Assembly (NCBI GenBank): GCA_965207375.1
Contig: CBDBMG010000002.1
Coordinates: 672,001-736,000, forward strand
Reading direction: 5' to 3'
Origin: Nitrosopumilaceae archaeon
Lineage (GTDB): Archaea > Thermoproteota > Nitrososphaeria > Nitrososphaerales > Nitrosopumilaceae
Length of the DNA stretch: 64,000 bases
The position numbers and the translations under genes were made by a program. Position 1 is the first letter of the stretch. The number at the start of each line of letters is the position of its first letter. Below, piece after piece: positions 29,830 through 42,107 of this stretch. The notes beneath the pieces are model-generated. The model made no database searches. It had not been told where the DNA came from and worked only from the letters and a program-made list of their open reading frames with translations.

Positions 29830-29990
29830 TGGCTGTTGACACTTTTTAAGTGCCTAATATATGTTAAGGTGTTTTTCAAATCGGAAAACTCCAAGTCTGG
29901 CATGGCACTTTTGTAGATAATAGTTTGTATGCTCTGGCGAGCCTTTCCACTATATTTCTTTCTTTTCTGTTTTTATTTTCATGAGTTTTC
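29830..29990 (-). pseudogene. Possible bHLH domain remnant
   Basis: NRKERNIVERLARAYKLLSTKVP, then after a frameshift LKNTLTYIRHL. Confidence 0.35.
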
Positions 29991-30969
29991 ATTCGCATAC
30001 TCATCTGGGTTGTTACTTTAACATTTGTCAGCATTGGCTTATTAATTCTTTAATGCATGGTAATTTGTATTAGTCCATTTCGGACATTCTTCAAAACTTG
30101 ACTAGATTAGTGTTAGAGCTTTCATTATTCTTCGTTCCTCCTGCAGCATCTCATGAAGTTCCTAGCATCACTGTAAACTGGTCCGTTGGATGGTTCTTGA
30201 CAGTTTTCATGGAAAAACATGACTGCTGCAATGTTAACGCTGGATTTAAATTCAGGAGAGCAATATTTTTTGCTTTTTCTGTCGGCAGCAGTCAATACCA
30301 TATTAAAATGCTGGATTTGGGTAATATTGCTGGCAGCCTGTCATTCCTCAGATGATGGCTCCCAGTCCCCAAATTCTACTGAAGTTTGAATTATTCTCAT
30401 CCAATCATCATTTAGATATTTTGCAAATAATTCCACAGAATTTAATGGCAGTTTTCGTAATTTTAATAACTAGATAGGTATGGTTTGCTGTGTCTTCTAA
30501 GAAGAATGGCCTTTCTTATACAAGATAAACTTGCCCCTAATTATGGTGGCATGATTTAATTATCATTATTATTAGCATTAGAATATGCAATATCATTTAT
30601 AGGAAAAATACCACATTTTATGATATTTTAGAACATAAATATTAAGCAAAAAAGTAGAATTGTCATTTCTGGGAAGGCTTTAAAGATGAATTTGGGGTAC
30701 TTTCAATAACCCTTCAATTAACCAGTTAACTGTCAGTTATTCAGTGCCAGTTAACCAGTTATGAGAAATTGCTTAGATTCACAGCATTAACGAGTAAACA
30801 TTCTTTGTGTATTATCTATGGTGATACAACAGCTAACAAAGTTGGGTGTAAGCTCCTGCTCAAATGCAAGAAAAACAAAGGGATTTACTGCATCACAAAG
30901 AAACAAGATCTGACCCTCAAGGCCATTCAGCTGAGCAGCAGATAAATAATATGCGAAGGCAGCAGGCAC

Positions 30970-31990
30970 GTGGTAGTAGACAAGCTACGTAGCCCTAAAC
31001 CGCTACATTATCAGGCAGACAATTTCTATAACACCACAAATATAGGTTCACTAAGTTTACTATATTCAAACTGTGGTACCTTAACATTTGATAACGAAAC
31101 TGATTCACTTTGTTGTTCAAAGGATAATGTCGAGATGGATGGCAATGAGGAGACCGAGTTTGATACTGGTGGTGACAAGGTTGGTTATGGTGATGAAGAT
31201 TATGAGGGATACAATAGTGATAACAACAGTATCTATGGTTCTTTCTGCAAAACAATTACTGTTTTTGTTTGACTGTGAGACCACTGGTGGGAGCCACTAG
31301 AGTGATCACAACACATTGAAGTGCATCATTCCAGACAACGTATCTATCACTACAGTGGCCTTTGCTGCACATCTAAACATACATTCAGTTTTGGTAATTT
31401 TACATCTTGATTGAATAGTAGTGTAATGCTAATATTTTATCAAAGAAATGTGGCATCACAACACAAATGTTGTTTGGTCAGCCTCCTTTCTCAGTGGTGT
31501 TCAAGGAACTAATGTTGTGGATTAAAAGATATGTTGAGGAACCTCACAGAACTGATAAAGCTTATCGTCCTGGTAAAGTGTTAAAAATATTAATATGCAC
31601 AAAGTGTTACAGGTGCTTACTTACGTATTTAATAGTGCTAATTGCTCACAATGGCTTTGGATTTGATTTCCTCTTCTTGTTAGCAGAAAATATGTTGCCG
31701 GTTAGTCGATGCCTACAACATCGTTGACCTGTGATTTGCTGACACTTTATGTGAAGCTCAGAAAGTAATAGGGACTAGTATATCTTCAACATATTCCACT
31801 TATTTAAAAGATTGTGAAAGCTAACGATCCTATTTTCAATAACTGATACAGATAAGTAAAGCAACAGTCAGGGTTAGAGCACTTGTTCAATATGTGTTTT
31901 CCACGATCTTCTTACCAAGGTAAATCATTCAGGTTGCTTTTCATCCTGTAATGTGCTCTCCTGAGGGCTCACGATAACAGTCAGACATCA
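30970..31990 (+). pseudogene. DEDDh 3'-5' exonuclease pseudogene with short introns
   Basis: Fragments FDCETTGG (Exo I), CGITTQMLFGQPPFSVVF, VLIAHNGFGFDF (Exo II) and FADTL; stops and frameshifts. Confidence 0.6.
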
Positions 31991-32562
31991 GATATTTTCA
32001 GCATATTTACAATGATTTCCGGCCATTTACTCACAGTGACAGGAAAAAACAGCCACTCATAACGCACGGGCCCAAGTAAGGAAGCAAAATGTCACTGATT
32101 CAGCCACTGCAAACAAATCCGGTGACAGAAAAAGAAACATGCTATTAGTATTGAAACTGTAGAGAAGTGCATTTGCAAAATGAGAAGACACTACAAATGA
32201 CCTTGTGGCTTAAGTATGATAAGGGAATATGGTGCGCCATTTGTTTCAGAATTATTACGTAAGCTAATGGATCCAAAAAACAAAAATCGACTCGATTTAT
32301 ATCTCTTATACAAAAATTGACTCGATTTTTTTATGTTGTGGCACAAAAATCGACACGAATTTTACTGCACAAACTACTGTGCTTTATTTATGTTGTGGCA
32401 CAAAAATCGACACGAATTTTACTGCACAAACTACTGTGCTTTAATTGATAAGTAGATTCCTTGCTTCCAAATAATACTCACCATTGAATGCGCCGTTTCT
32501 AAATACAGCGCACTTCAAACGGTGTGGTCACAAGTGTGGTCACCAAAGATTGCGTATTGAAC

Positions 32563-35213
32563 ATGGCCAGCGACAATTGTAATGACATTAATGCTAGTGA
32601 TGATGAGGTTAGTTTATACTGTTAACTAACTACACTTGTGCATGGTGGTAAATCTCAAGGTGTAAAGTTCAGAATAAAATTATAAACGTTTTTAGCCAAA
32701 CATTTCAATGCTCCCCACATGGTTGCTATTGTGTTAATAATAAAATCCTACTGGTGTTGTGATGATATATCTATATTTTTACCTGCCTGTATTTTTACAT
32801 GGCTGATGTATTAAGAGATATGCCAGATGATGTTGCAGACAAGAGAAGGCATGGTGTATTAAACCAGACACAGACATGTGTCCATGGCCATCATTATCGC
32901 CAATGTAAAATCAATGTCTACATTATTTGACAGATTTACGTCTCCACTATCCCTCTACTGAGTAATAAAGAACTAGAAGAGCTTGGAGTTAAAACTATAG
33001 GAGATAGAGCAGTGTTGAGAAAGAGATGTCGTAAAGCTGACCGAGGTATGTTCTTGCAGTATTATTCCAGCATCAACTGTGTTTTTTATGTATAGGTAAT
33101 AAAATTGCTGAGAAAGTGAGAAGAATAATAGGGCCAAGACCTGCTGCTAATACATTTCCTCATCACATATTACTGAAATTCCAAGAAATCCTAAAGGAAA
33201 AGGTGAATACCAGTTAGCTGTTGAAAAGTATGGCAGTAACAAGAAGAAAACCCTTCCTCTGTTGCCACATTTCAAAAAAAATTGTATATGTTCAAATATA
33301 TGGAATCAAAAGCACCAAATAGTTTCACACGGTCGGACAAAGACATAATCACAAGGGGATTGTTACCTCAGATATCTGTATCTGCTACAGAGGATGGAGT
33401 GCAAAATGAGATCTGTCAAGTGGTGTGTAGCTGTACGATCCCCATTTTGAGTGAGATAGGACCCAAATATTTTTGTTTTATTAACCTGGATTTTAATGAA
33501 ACAGGAGAGCTGTCAAGGAGCTGGCAGGGTCAGGTGCTGTTTATATCCGATTGACCTCCATGCACATCAAGTGAGGGTAGCAGTAGTGATGATGAACTTG
33601 TTCCATACCTAGAATAGACAGCCACTCTCATCCCTCCTGCAAGTGTGTCCACAACCACTTCTGCTGTATCTTTCAGAGCTCTGGTTACATCAGATCCCGT
33701 CACTCCCAGGGCACCAGTTACACCAGCTTCTTCATCTTTATTTGTAGGCAGTACTGTTGCTCCAGATAATGATGCAAGCATATAATATTGATGATGATCT
33801 TTCAGTTGATGCTACTTATCCAACTAAAGGAGACTCAGTTACTATAATGATGGGTGATGATATGGAGGTTGTTGGTAAATCAGATGTAACCAGATTAGCA
33901 GAAATGTTTCCTCACATGACAAGCCAACAGCTGACATACATTTACAATCTTTCTGGTTCTTCACCATCAAGAGTTCTCGAGTGTATGCTTGAAGGGCCAT
34001 CCTTTGAATCGGTTCTTGGTGTAGCTGCTTCACAACGATCAACAGATAACGGTGCACATATAAGGCTACAGAGAAGCGATGGTGCAGAAGAATGGGCTGA
34101 AGCTGCACTAACTATTTATAAACAAGGAAGGTTTGACAAAGTAGCAGGGATGCGTGTCTGCATACGTGGTCAACCAGCAATTGATGCTGGTGGAGTTTGA
34201 AGGCAGTTTTTGCTGCTGTGTTTGCTGAGTTGACTCGAACGGAATCAGACTGTAGTGTGTTTGAGGGACCTCCTGTTAAGCTGCAACCTGTTTTTAAGGC
34301 CTCAATCTTGTCCTCAGGAGTGCTGAGCACCATGATTGCTCATAGCCTGCTTCTAGATGGTCAGGGGTTTCCTTACCTGTCGGAGTATTGCTATTATTAC
34401 ATTGCTGGCTACTATGATCAGGCAGTTACTTGTGTAACTGTTGACGATGTTGGAGTGAATATAAAATCCCTTATTGAAATAAGATTAAACTAGGACTACT
34501 AAGATTATCTTACCACAGCTTCAAGATGTTACCACCAATGAGATGTTGGCTTCATTCAAGAACAGGAATATGTTGATGGAAATGATGGAAAGGAGTGGCT
34601 GCGATTTCACTATGGAGGTATTTTAATTAAGGTTTATGATATGTGCTTTAGTGTATTACTATCAGGTATCAAAAATACCGGCTATTGTAGAAACCATTGT
34701 TCTGCACGAGGCAGTACATAAGTGGAAGCCATTCCTTGACTCATTTAGTGATGGTTTGGAGGTTCTTGGAATAAAGGATATGATCTACCACTTTCCAGAA
34801 GTGTTTAAACCAGCATTTGTTTTTTTCTGGTGAACTAACACCATTAGACGTGCTTAGAGTACTCCATCCTAGACCGAGCAAGAATGAAATGAATGAAAGC
34901 ACAAAACATGTTTGAAAGTATTACCAACTTTCATTGAAGCTGCAGATAGTGATGGTAATATAGAGCTGGTATATAAAATATTATTCAGTGTATATTTTCA
35001 TACAGAGTTAAAGGCCTTTCTCTAGTTTGTTACTGGAGCACCTGCACCGAACGGGAGGATTTGTGTAAAATTTGATGAAAATGAGGGGGTTAATGTGATA
35101 TCAGCTAACACGTGTGGCAGACAACTTATTTTATCCACTGCTATCAGTGATCAAGATGTCTTTATGGTTGCTATGAAAGCTATAATCACAGATGATAGAT
35201 TTATATTACCATG
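32563..35213 (+). pseudogene. SAM-domain plus HECT (G2E3-like) ubiquitin ligase pseudogene, multi-exon
   Basis: LEELGVKTIGDRAVLRKRC (SAM-like); GQPAIDAGGV*RQFF; MIAHSLLLDGQGFPYL; DSFSDGLEVLG; FVTGAP; SANTCG (catalytic Cys motif); many stops. Confidence 0.7.
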
Positions 35214-35370
35214 AGCCAACAGATAATAGCAGTTGGGACACTCACTAGTTAACTTATTTAATCCATGGACATATGTACCTACGTATGTAATTTTAAAGCA
35301 ACCCGCATGTGTCACTTGTAATCATAGCAGCATGCAGTTTCTCCTTTATTAACAGTCCAGATTTATAATC

Positions 35371-35604
35371 TTACATGTTTAAAATACGTTGTTTACAATC
35401 CATATAATGTTGAACACCTAAATCATCAAATGGCATGTCTGTATCAACTGTGCTTAAGAAATCCTGTAAATCATCCTCAGATAAAGGGGAGAGGGTTTCT
35501 AGAATTACGACTGTACTAGCATCTTGTTCAGCAATGGGTCCCTCTGGATCTATCCCATAATCATCAGAACACACAGTATCTAAAATATCTTCTTCCTGAA
35601 TCAT
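35371..35604 (-). pseudogene. C-terminal fragment resembling integrase-core DNA transposase proteins
   Basis: DYGIDPEGP..VVILETLSPL..DDLGVQHY resembles the tail of such proteins; the catalytic core is absent; convergent with the HECT gene. Confidence 0.45.
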
Positions 35605-35609
35605 GAGAG

Positions 35610-36119
35610 AGAAAGAGTGAGAAAAAAAGAAAGAAATTAAAGAGAAAGAAGAATTAACAAAGAAAATCAGTTTTGTAGGACTTGAGGTATTGGCTGGCTT
35701 GGATAAAATAGTATGTAAGAAGGCAAAAAAGATACCTTAAAATTACAGATAAGTTTCCGTAAGAAGGTATTAGGTCAAACATCAGATGACCAGACACTCT
35801 TTCAGTTTTCACACAATCGCAAAGTATATTTACAGACTCCCAACTACTGCAAAATCTTTTTAAGTTGTTATCATTGAACTTTGATCACCAGGCTTCAACC
35901 ATTACAGATGTACAGAGAGACCCAGACTTGCTCATTTATCATCGAATAGAACATCAATTTAATTGTGATGGAGAACTTGTGTGGTACAAGGCAACTGTCT
36001 TAAGCTTTGATAAAGAAACAAAGGAATTTAGAGTACTTTACGATAATGAAGAAGTCGAAGAATATTCATTCCCTTTGTTGGAAGATCTTGAGAAAGGGGA
36101 AGTTAAGATACTCATGTAG
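35610..36119 (+). pseudogene. 3' fragment of a gene ending in a Tudor/spindlin-like domain
   Basis: LLIYHRIEHQF..WYKATVLSFD..FRVLYD..YSFPLLEDLEKGEVKI; upstream part frameshifted. Confidence 0.4.
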
Positions 36120-36223
36120 ACTGATGTAGTCACAGTTAGGCATTTATGTATATGTAAACCTTAGTTTCAGAAATTTAGTGATGTTTTAGTCTGACATGAT
36201 AAGCTATATATAATCATTATAAT

Positions 36224-39205
36224 CATAGGCGTATCTAGGAGGAAGTGTTTGGAGGGGCAAAGGGGGGGCAAGCCACTACTGAATAAATACAGTGTGCAAA
36301 GGGCATGTACATCCCCCTGGACAACTATAGCAACAATTTACATAACTATAGCTATATGATTATTCATTGCAAATACTGCTAGCTATATGCAACTACGTAT
36401 AAGACTATAGCTAAGAGTAACAAAGCTGTAATTTACGAGGTGCCTGTTCAGCAAATACATCAATAATTTTCTCTATGTCTGGCATGATGTCTCTCTCAAT
36501 ATTAAGAAGAGCTAAAGCAGTGAGCCTTTCTTGACCCATTGTGCTACGCAAGTAGCTTTTAAGGCGTCTTAAGCAGGAAAATGACCGCTCAGCTGAGCAT
36601 GATGTAATTGGTATTGTCCAAAAAATTTTCATCAGTTTGCATAACTCTGGAAGCACACTCTGCACTCCTCTGTCTTCTGCCATAAGTTTTCTTCGTTTGC
36701 ATAGTATTTTGTATCCTTTGTCATCTTCTCCTTGGACTGTGACACCACTTTGTTCTTTTTCCTTTTGTTTCATTAAATTAGTGTAAACTCTCAGTTCTGC
36801 TTTAAGATTGTCTTTATCTAAGTCATAAAACTCTGAAACTTGTTCAAGGGCTGTTTGTGATACACTAGAAATATTGTCAGCTAACAGCACTGTTTCAATA
36901 TTCTGAACAATCATCATATCATTTTCACTAAATCGTTCTTTAAGTTGACTTATTATTACATCTAAAAGTGGGTAAAAACTTGCCACTTGATAGTAATGCT
37001 CAACATTTCTGTATACTGGCTGTATCTCACCTCCTCCTAATCTTGAAGGTACTCTTCTCTGCCTTGGCAAGTGCGGAGGTTCTAATTCTAACTTCCTTGA
37101 AATTTCTATAGCTTCTTTCCAGTACTTCTGGAATTCTGTGTCTGATCTCATTTCTGTTAAACTTTCTTGCACTGCACTAATTTTGCTGCGTGCTGCACAT
37201 ATAGACAAATCAATATATTGCAAGTATTTAGAAAGTATCTTTGTAGTGTTGAAAACCTCATCCAGTATTACAAGGTTGAAGACAAAATCAAATGTGCAGA
37301 TGGAATTCAATAAAGACTGTGCTTGAGCTCCAGATGATGGATCTTCATCAGTTATCTTTTGCAAAGATGTTATTACATCCTCAAGTCTTTTCTTTATTAC
37401 TTTCAATGCCTCTGCTCGGCATGCCCAACGTGTATCCGAGAGACTCTTCAGAGTGAGTGATTTACATCCTGATTGCTTCTGTATCTCTTGAAACACAGCA
37501 TGTCTTTTTGCTGATGCCTCCATAAAATTGTGCAATTCAGATATGGTACCAAAGGTATTTCTAGCTGCTATAACTGCTTTAGCAGCATCTACCAGCACTA
37601 AATTAAGGATATGACCATTGCAATGTACATAAATTGCCCTTGGATTATCTCTCTTAATCCTTGCAGCCACCCCTTTGTACATGCCTCTCATATTAGCAGC
37701 TCCATCATAGCATTGAGCAACAATGTCATCAATATTAAGATCAAGTGTCATTAAAACTGTCTGTACAAGGTGATATAGTGATTCACCATCTGTTTGAGTG
37801 GCACGAAAAAAGCCAATAAACCTCTCATTCACAACAAATTGAGGATTCATATATCGTAAAACTACTGCAGCCTGCTCATGTCTAGAAATATCTAAGGATT
37901 CATCCAAAATCAAGGCAAACATTCTGGCATCCTTAATTTGATTGATTGTACTGTCCCTGATGTTCTCTCCTATGACATTCAGCAAGTCATTTTGAATACC
38001 AGGACTGGTATATGTTACATTTTTTTCTTTGTTAGCAAAAAAACGGCTTATTAAAGGGTTATTTTTAGCTTGAAACATTAAAAGTTCCAAAAAATTTCCT
38101 TTGTTTAGTGATTCTTCATTCTCACGGTGACCCCTTAATGAAATACCTTGTCTACCAATGAAAACAAGTGTTTCGACGATGTTCTTAAGATATTGTCTGT
38201 TTTCATCAACCACTTTTTTTTGTTGCTGGTTTATTAGACTCACCACATTCCTTTCAGGGTTGTGTTGTATTTGCTTACCAACTTCCCAGGCAAGAATTGC
38301 ACTTTTGTGTGCAACAGAACACTGATGTGCACGGAACTTCTCCAAGGCACTTTTCCAGTTTTGAAAACCATTAGATACAAAGGCTTCCTGATGATGACCT
38401 TTTGTGCCAAACACACGGCAAGGGAAGCAAAATGCTTTATTAATACTTGGGCTGTATTCCAACCATTTGAACTGAGTATACCACTGAGCACAAAAATGAC
38501 GACTATGACAATCAACAGGATACTGACACCTTGGTTGAAATGGACCGTGTCCTTCATGAAATATAGTAGCTGCAGCATCAACACCATTTGCAGGATCTCG
38601 TGAAGTAATTAACTGGTTGTTGCTGGAAGCAGTACTAGTGGTCTACATTACACGTGTTTAAATTTTAGATATTAATTGTAGCTAGCTATAGCTTACTCTG
38701 TCATTGGTGGCAAGCTCACTACCCAGCTCTTAAGGTTGGTCTTCAATAGCGATATCGCTATCACTATCGCTAATTTCAAGATCAAAACTTGAGCTTGCCT
38801 CATCAGTTGCTAATTCATTGCTGCTAGTAGAATTTTCTGTTGAGTCAGCGTTGCTTCCTTCCCTGTCTTCAACTAATTTTCGTTTCGCTACAAAATACTT
38901 ATCTAAGCCACTTGAATGCTTTGACATAGCATGTGCATTATTTGGAATTAGCATTATAATCGATTGTGGTTTTCACTTTTAGTGCTTGTTGTCTACTATC
39001 TAAAAAGGTGAATATTATATATAATTATTGTATGAGGTATATACAATAATATTTGTATTGTGTGTATGAACAGTGTGGTGAGTCTCTGCTTCTACTAGCT
39101 AGCTACCTGTTTTCTTGTGGCTGGATCATTAAAAATTTTAGGAGGGGCAAGAAAAGACTTAGGAGGGGCTTTGCTCCTCTTTGCCCCCCCTCAAATACGC
39201 CTATG
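36224..39205 (-). mobile_element. hAT DNA transposon, full length
   Basis: TIR cataggcgtat / atacgcctatg; perfect 8-bp TSD attataat (36216-36223, 39206-39213); ggaggggc subterminal repeats. Confidence 0.92.
36411..38927 (-). CDS. hAT transposase, ZMYM1-like (TTF zinc finger, DUF4371, hAT dimerisation domain)
   Basis: WLEYS..FCFPC, LRGHRE..GNFLEL, ILDESLDIS, QCYDGAANM, YVHCNGHILNL, SDTRW, SAERSFSCLRRLKSYLRSTMGQERL. The frame is open from ~38642; putative exon 1 (ATG ~38927) has an in-frame TAA at 38730. Confidence 0.88.
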
Positions 39206-39664
39206 ATTATAATGGGGCGCTAGCTGGCTTCTGCCTAGGAATTTCTGTAGGGCTATTTATGCATGCATCAATAATAATTATGAAAGAATTGTACTGGTCA
39301 GTTTTAAGAGGTACTGGTCGGTTTTTAAGAGGTGCTGGTCACCTTGAACTACTGCCGACCAATGTGGGCAGAAACTACAGTGTGGTGGAAAATGCATATA
39401 TTTCACAATTATATGATTTGCAGCAATGTATACATAATTTGTGCCATTATTTGTTTTCTAATTATGTGAACAAATGAGAAATTTTTACTTTTTTTCATAA
39501 ATATGATCGTCCATATCTCCGTGAATTCTTAACAGATTCTCAAAACTAACTATTCTGGGGTTGTGAAAGCATTCTACAAATATATTTATTAATAAAAGTT
39601 TATGCGGAATACATATAAATTTTGCCCGAAGTCGCTATTTATGTATGAATATAGATTTTATTTT

Positions 39665-39815
39665 TCAAGGCGTTACATGATACAGTGCAACAATTGTACA
39701 GGATGGTGTCATCCACGCTGTGTGGGCCTTACCAGGGTACAATTCAAGAGACTGAAAAATGCTGAAAAGATAGATGCCATATTATTGTCCCAATTGTGCA
39801 GGTTAGAAACTTAAA
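39665..39815 (+). pseudogene. Isolated PHD finger exon fragment
   Basis: YMIQCNNCTGWCHPRCVGL, followed in a shifted frame by YYCPNC. Confidence 0.5.
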
Positions 39816-41229
39816 CTGATATACGTATATTACTGTCTTCTATGTATTACTAGCACAACAAGGGAGATCTGCTGTTTTGTCCATCTTAATTAAGTAAGCT
39901 GTGTCATTAAGTATGGCAGTATTTAATAGTAGGGATCTCTATGAAAATATATAGCTAGTTTCCATAAATGTGCCTTTAAAAAGCCTTCAAAAATCACAAG
40001 AAAAACTAACTATAACTCTATTGGTACAACACTAACAATGCTATAACTGTTGCCAAAGGGTGTTGACTTCATCCGCTTGCAAATTTTAAAAAATTTAAAA
40101 ATAGTATATTTTTGTCTCACAGCCTGCCAGCCTGCCTGACCACAGGGGTCGACCTAGCACCTAAGCCATTGGGTTTATAGCCTTCAATCTCCCTGAAAGT
40201 AAAGGTTATTTCTGTCGGCATGAACCTTTACTATGCATTCCAATCGCCAGGATCGGTTCACACCATAGCCCGTCCTTCATTCTGTCATCTTCATCAATTA
40301 ATGTTCTAGTTATATGGTAGATGGTACAATAATTTATATTTGTAGCTAACAGCTTAAATTTTGGAAAATCACTCTCAGATTGGATCTCAGAGCATGAAAA
40401 TATAAAACTTTTCCTGGAAGGCACGCCCCCAGACCCCCTAGCAAGGTTGTGCCTATGTAGCTACATACTAGCTTCCAGTTCTGCTGATTTGCCTGACCAA
40501 TGTAAAACTGCTTCCTCCATCACTATCATGAGCAAAAAATCAGGCAGCAACTGAGCATCGAGCCAGGATTACATCAATGAAAATAGTTATACATGAAAAA
40601 TTAAATATACTGCAGCTCCTATGCTTTGAACCAGCTGCAGGTTTTTGAACGTGAATGATCCACCATGGGTACAGAAACAGACACATACGTACTTTCAGTA
40701 GGGCTTGCTCAGGCTTATCACCATTACATACTGCATGTGAAACAACCTAGCCTACCACTATGCTATACTTTCATTATACTGGAGCTGGAGCTTCTGATTT
40801 ATCTCTGCTGCTGTTTTTCACTCAGAGCACTTATTAAGCAGGTGATGGTTTACTTGGTGCCCTTTATACACACAGCCACTTTTGATCCTACAACTGATGT
40901 ACAGAGCAAAAATAGTCTGAAACACTTGATGACACGCCTTATTGGTCACTGGTCTATTTCCATAACTTCAAATTGGAAACACCACTACTTGACTTGTATA
41001 CCTTTGTTATACAACCACTGATACTGCATCTGAGATTTGCTACTCTCCCCAAAGATGCAGGTGGATTCAGGTGGACCAAACCTCACTCTTGAAAAAACCA
41101 AACAATTAGCTGTCAGCAAGATGCAGTGCATGGACAACAAGCAATCTCCCTGTACAAGCTTTCAGTTCAAGCAAACCACAAAGCGACCCGGAAATGACAG
41201 AAGCCAGCAACCAATCTACTGCCCAGTGA

Positions 41230-41939
41230 CCTCAACCAATTAACTGGAGTCAGAAATGCTCATATATTTTTTTGTGGCGGTGTTGGAGGCTTTTTGTGTG
41301 TTTTCATAACTGCATCAAGTGTTATTGGATCGGTTTTACTGTCCCCTTTAAGAAAGTCTTGTTGTTCGTGTACTGCCTCTTTCTGTATGATGGCCCTTTT
41401 CGCCTTTTCCAGGGTAAGGTTGGCATCGAGTTTAAGGTTTTCTGAGAGCGTGCTGTTCCGTATGCCAACTACCAGTCGGTCTCTAATCATCTCGGCCTTT
41501 AACTCGCCATACTCGCAATTTTCTGCAATATTGTGCAGGACTGCGATATATTGCTTCTAATTGCTTGTGGCGATTGAAGCGTGCCCTCTCAAATATCACA
41601 TTTTTTGCACTTGAATAAAGCGTCAAATTTTGCACTTACTTCCTTATACTTTTCCGGTCTTATTCCAAAATGTTTGTAGATCTTAGTACATCCTCTGCTT
41701 CGTTACTGAGGCAGTATAGTAGGGTACACACTTGGCAATTGTCATCTTCGGAATTTAGACCAGATGCCACTAAATCTCTTGCTCCACCTTGGTCACTCGT
41801 CCGGTTTCTTAAAATCAAACGGCTCTGGGGTTGCAGTCGTAAGCTTGCCATCATTCATTGATGAACACACACTTCTGACACCATGCGGTATATGGGTGTT
41901 AATCAGAATAATCACAATCTATAAGCATGCGCAATAATC

Positions 41940-41945
<6 letters not shown>
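41230..41945 (-). mobile_element. Gypsy 5' remnant: LTR end, primer-binding site and decayed gag
   Basis: PBS tggtgtcagaagtg (41870-41883, tRNA-Leu-like); gag motifs LLYCL..AEDVL and MIRDRLVVGIR..LTLEKA. Confidence 0.8.

Positions 41946-42107
<162 letters not shown>

Noticed and set aside
36411-38462. Host ZMYM1 gene
   Set aside because: It lies within TIRs and a perfect 8-bp TSD, so it is a hAT transposase.
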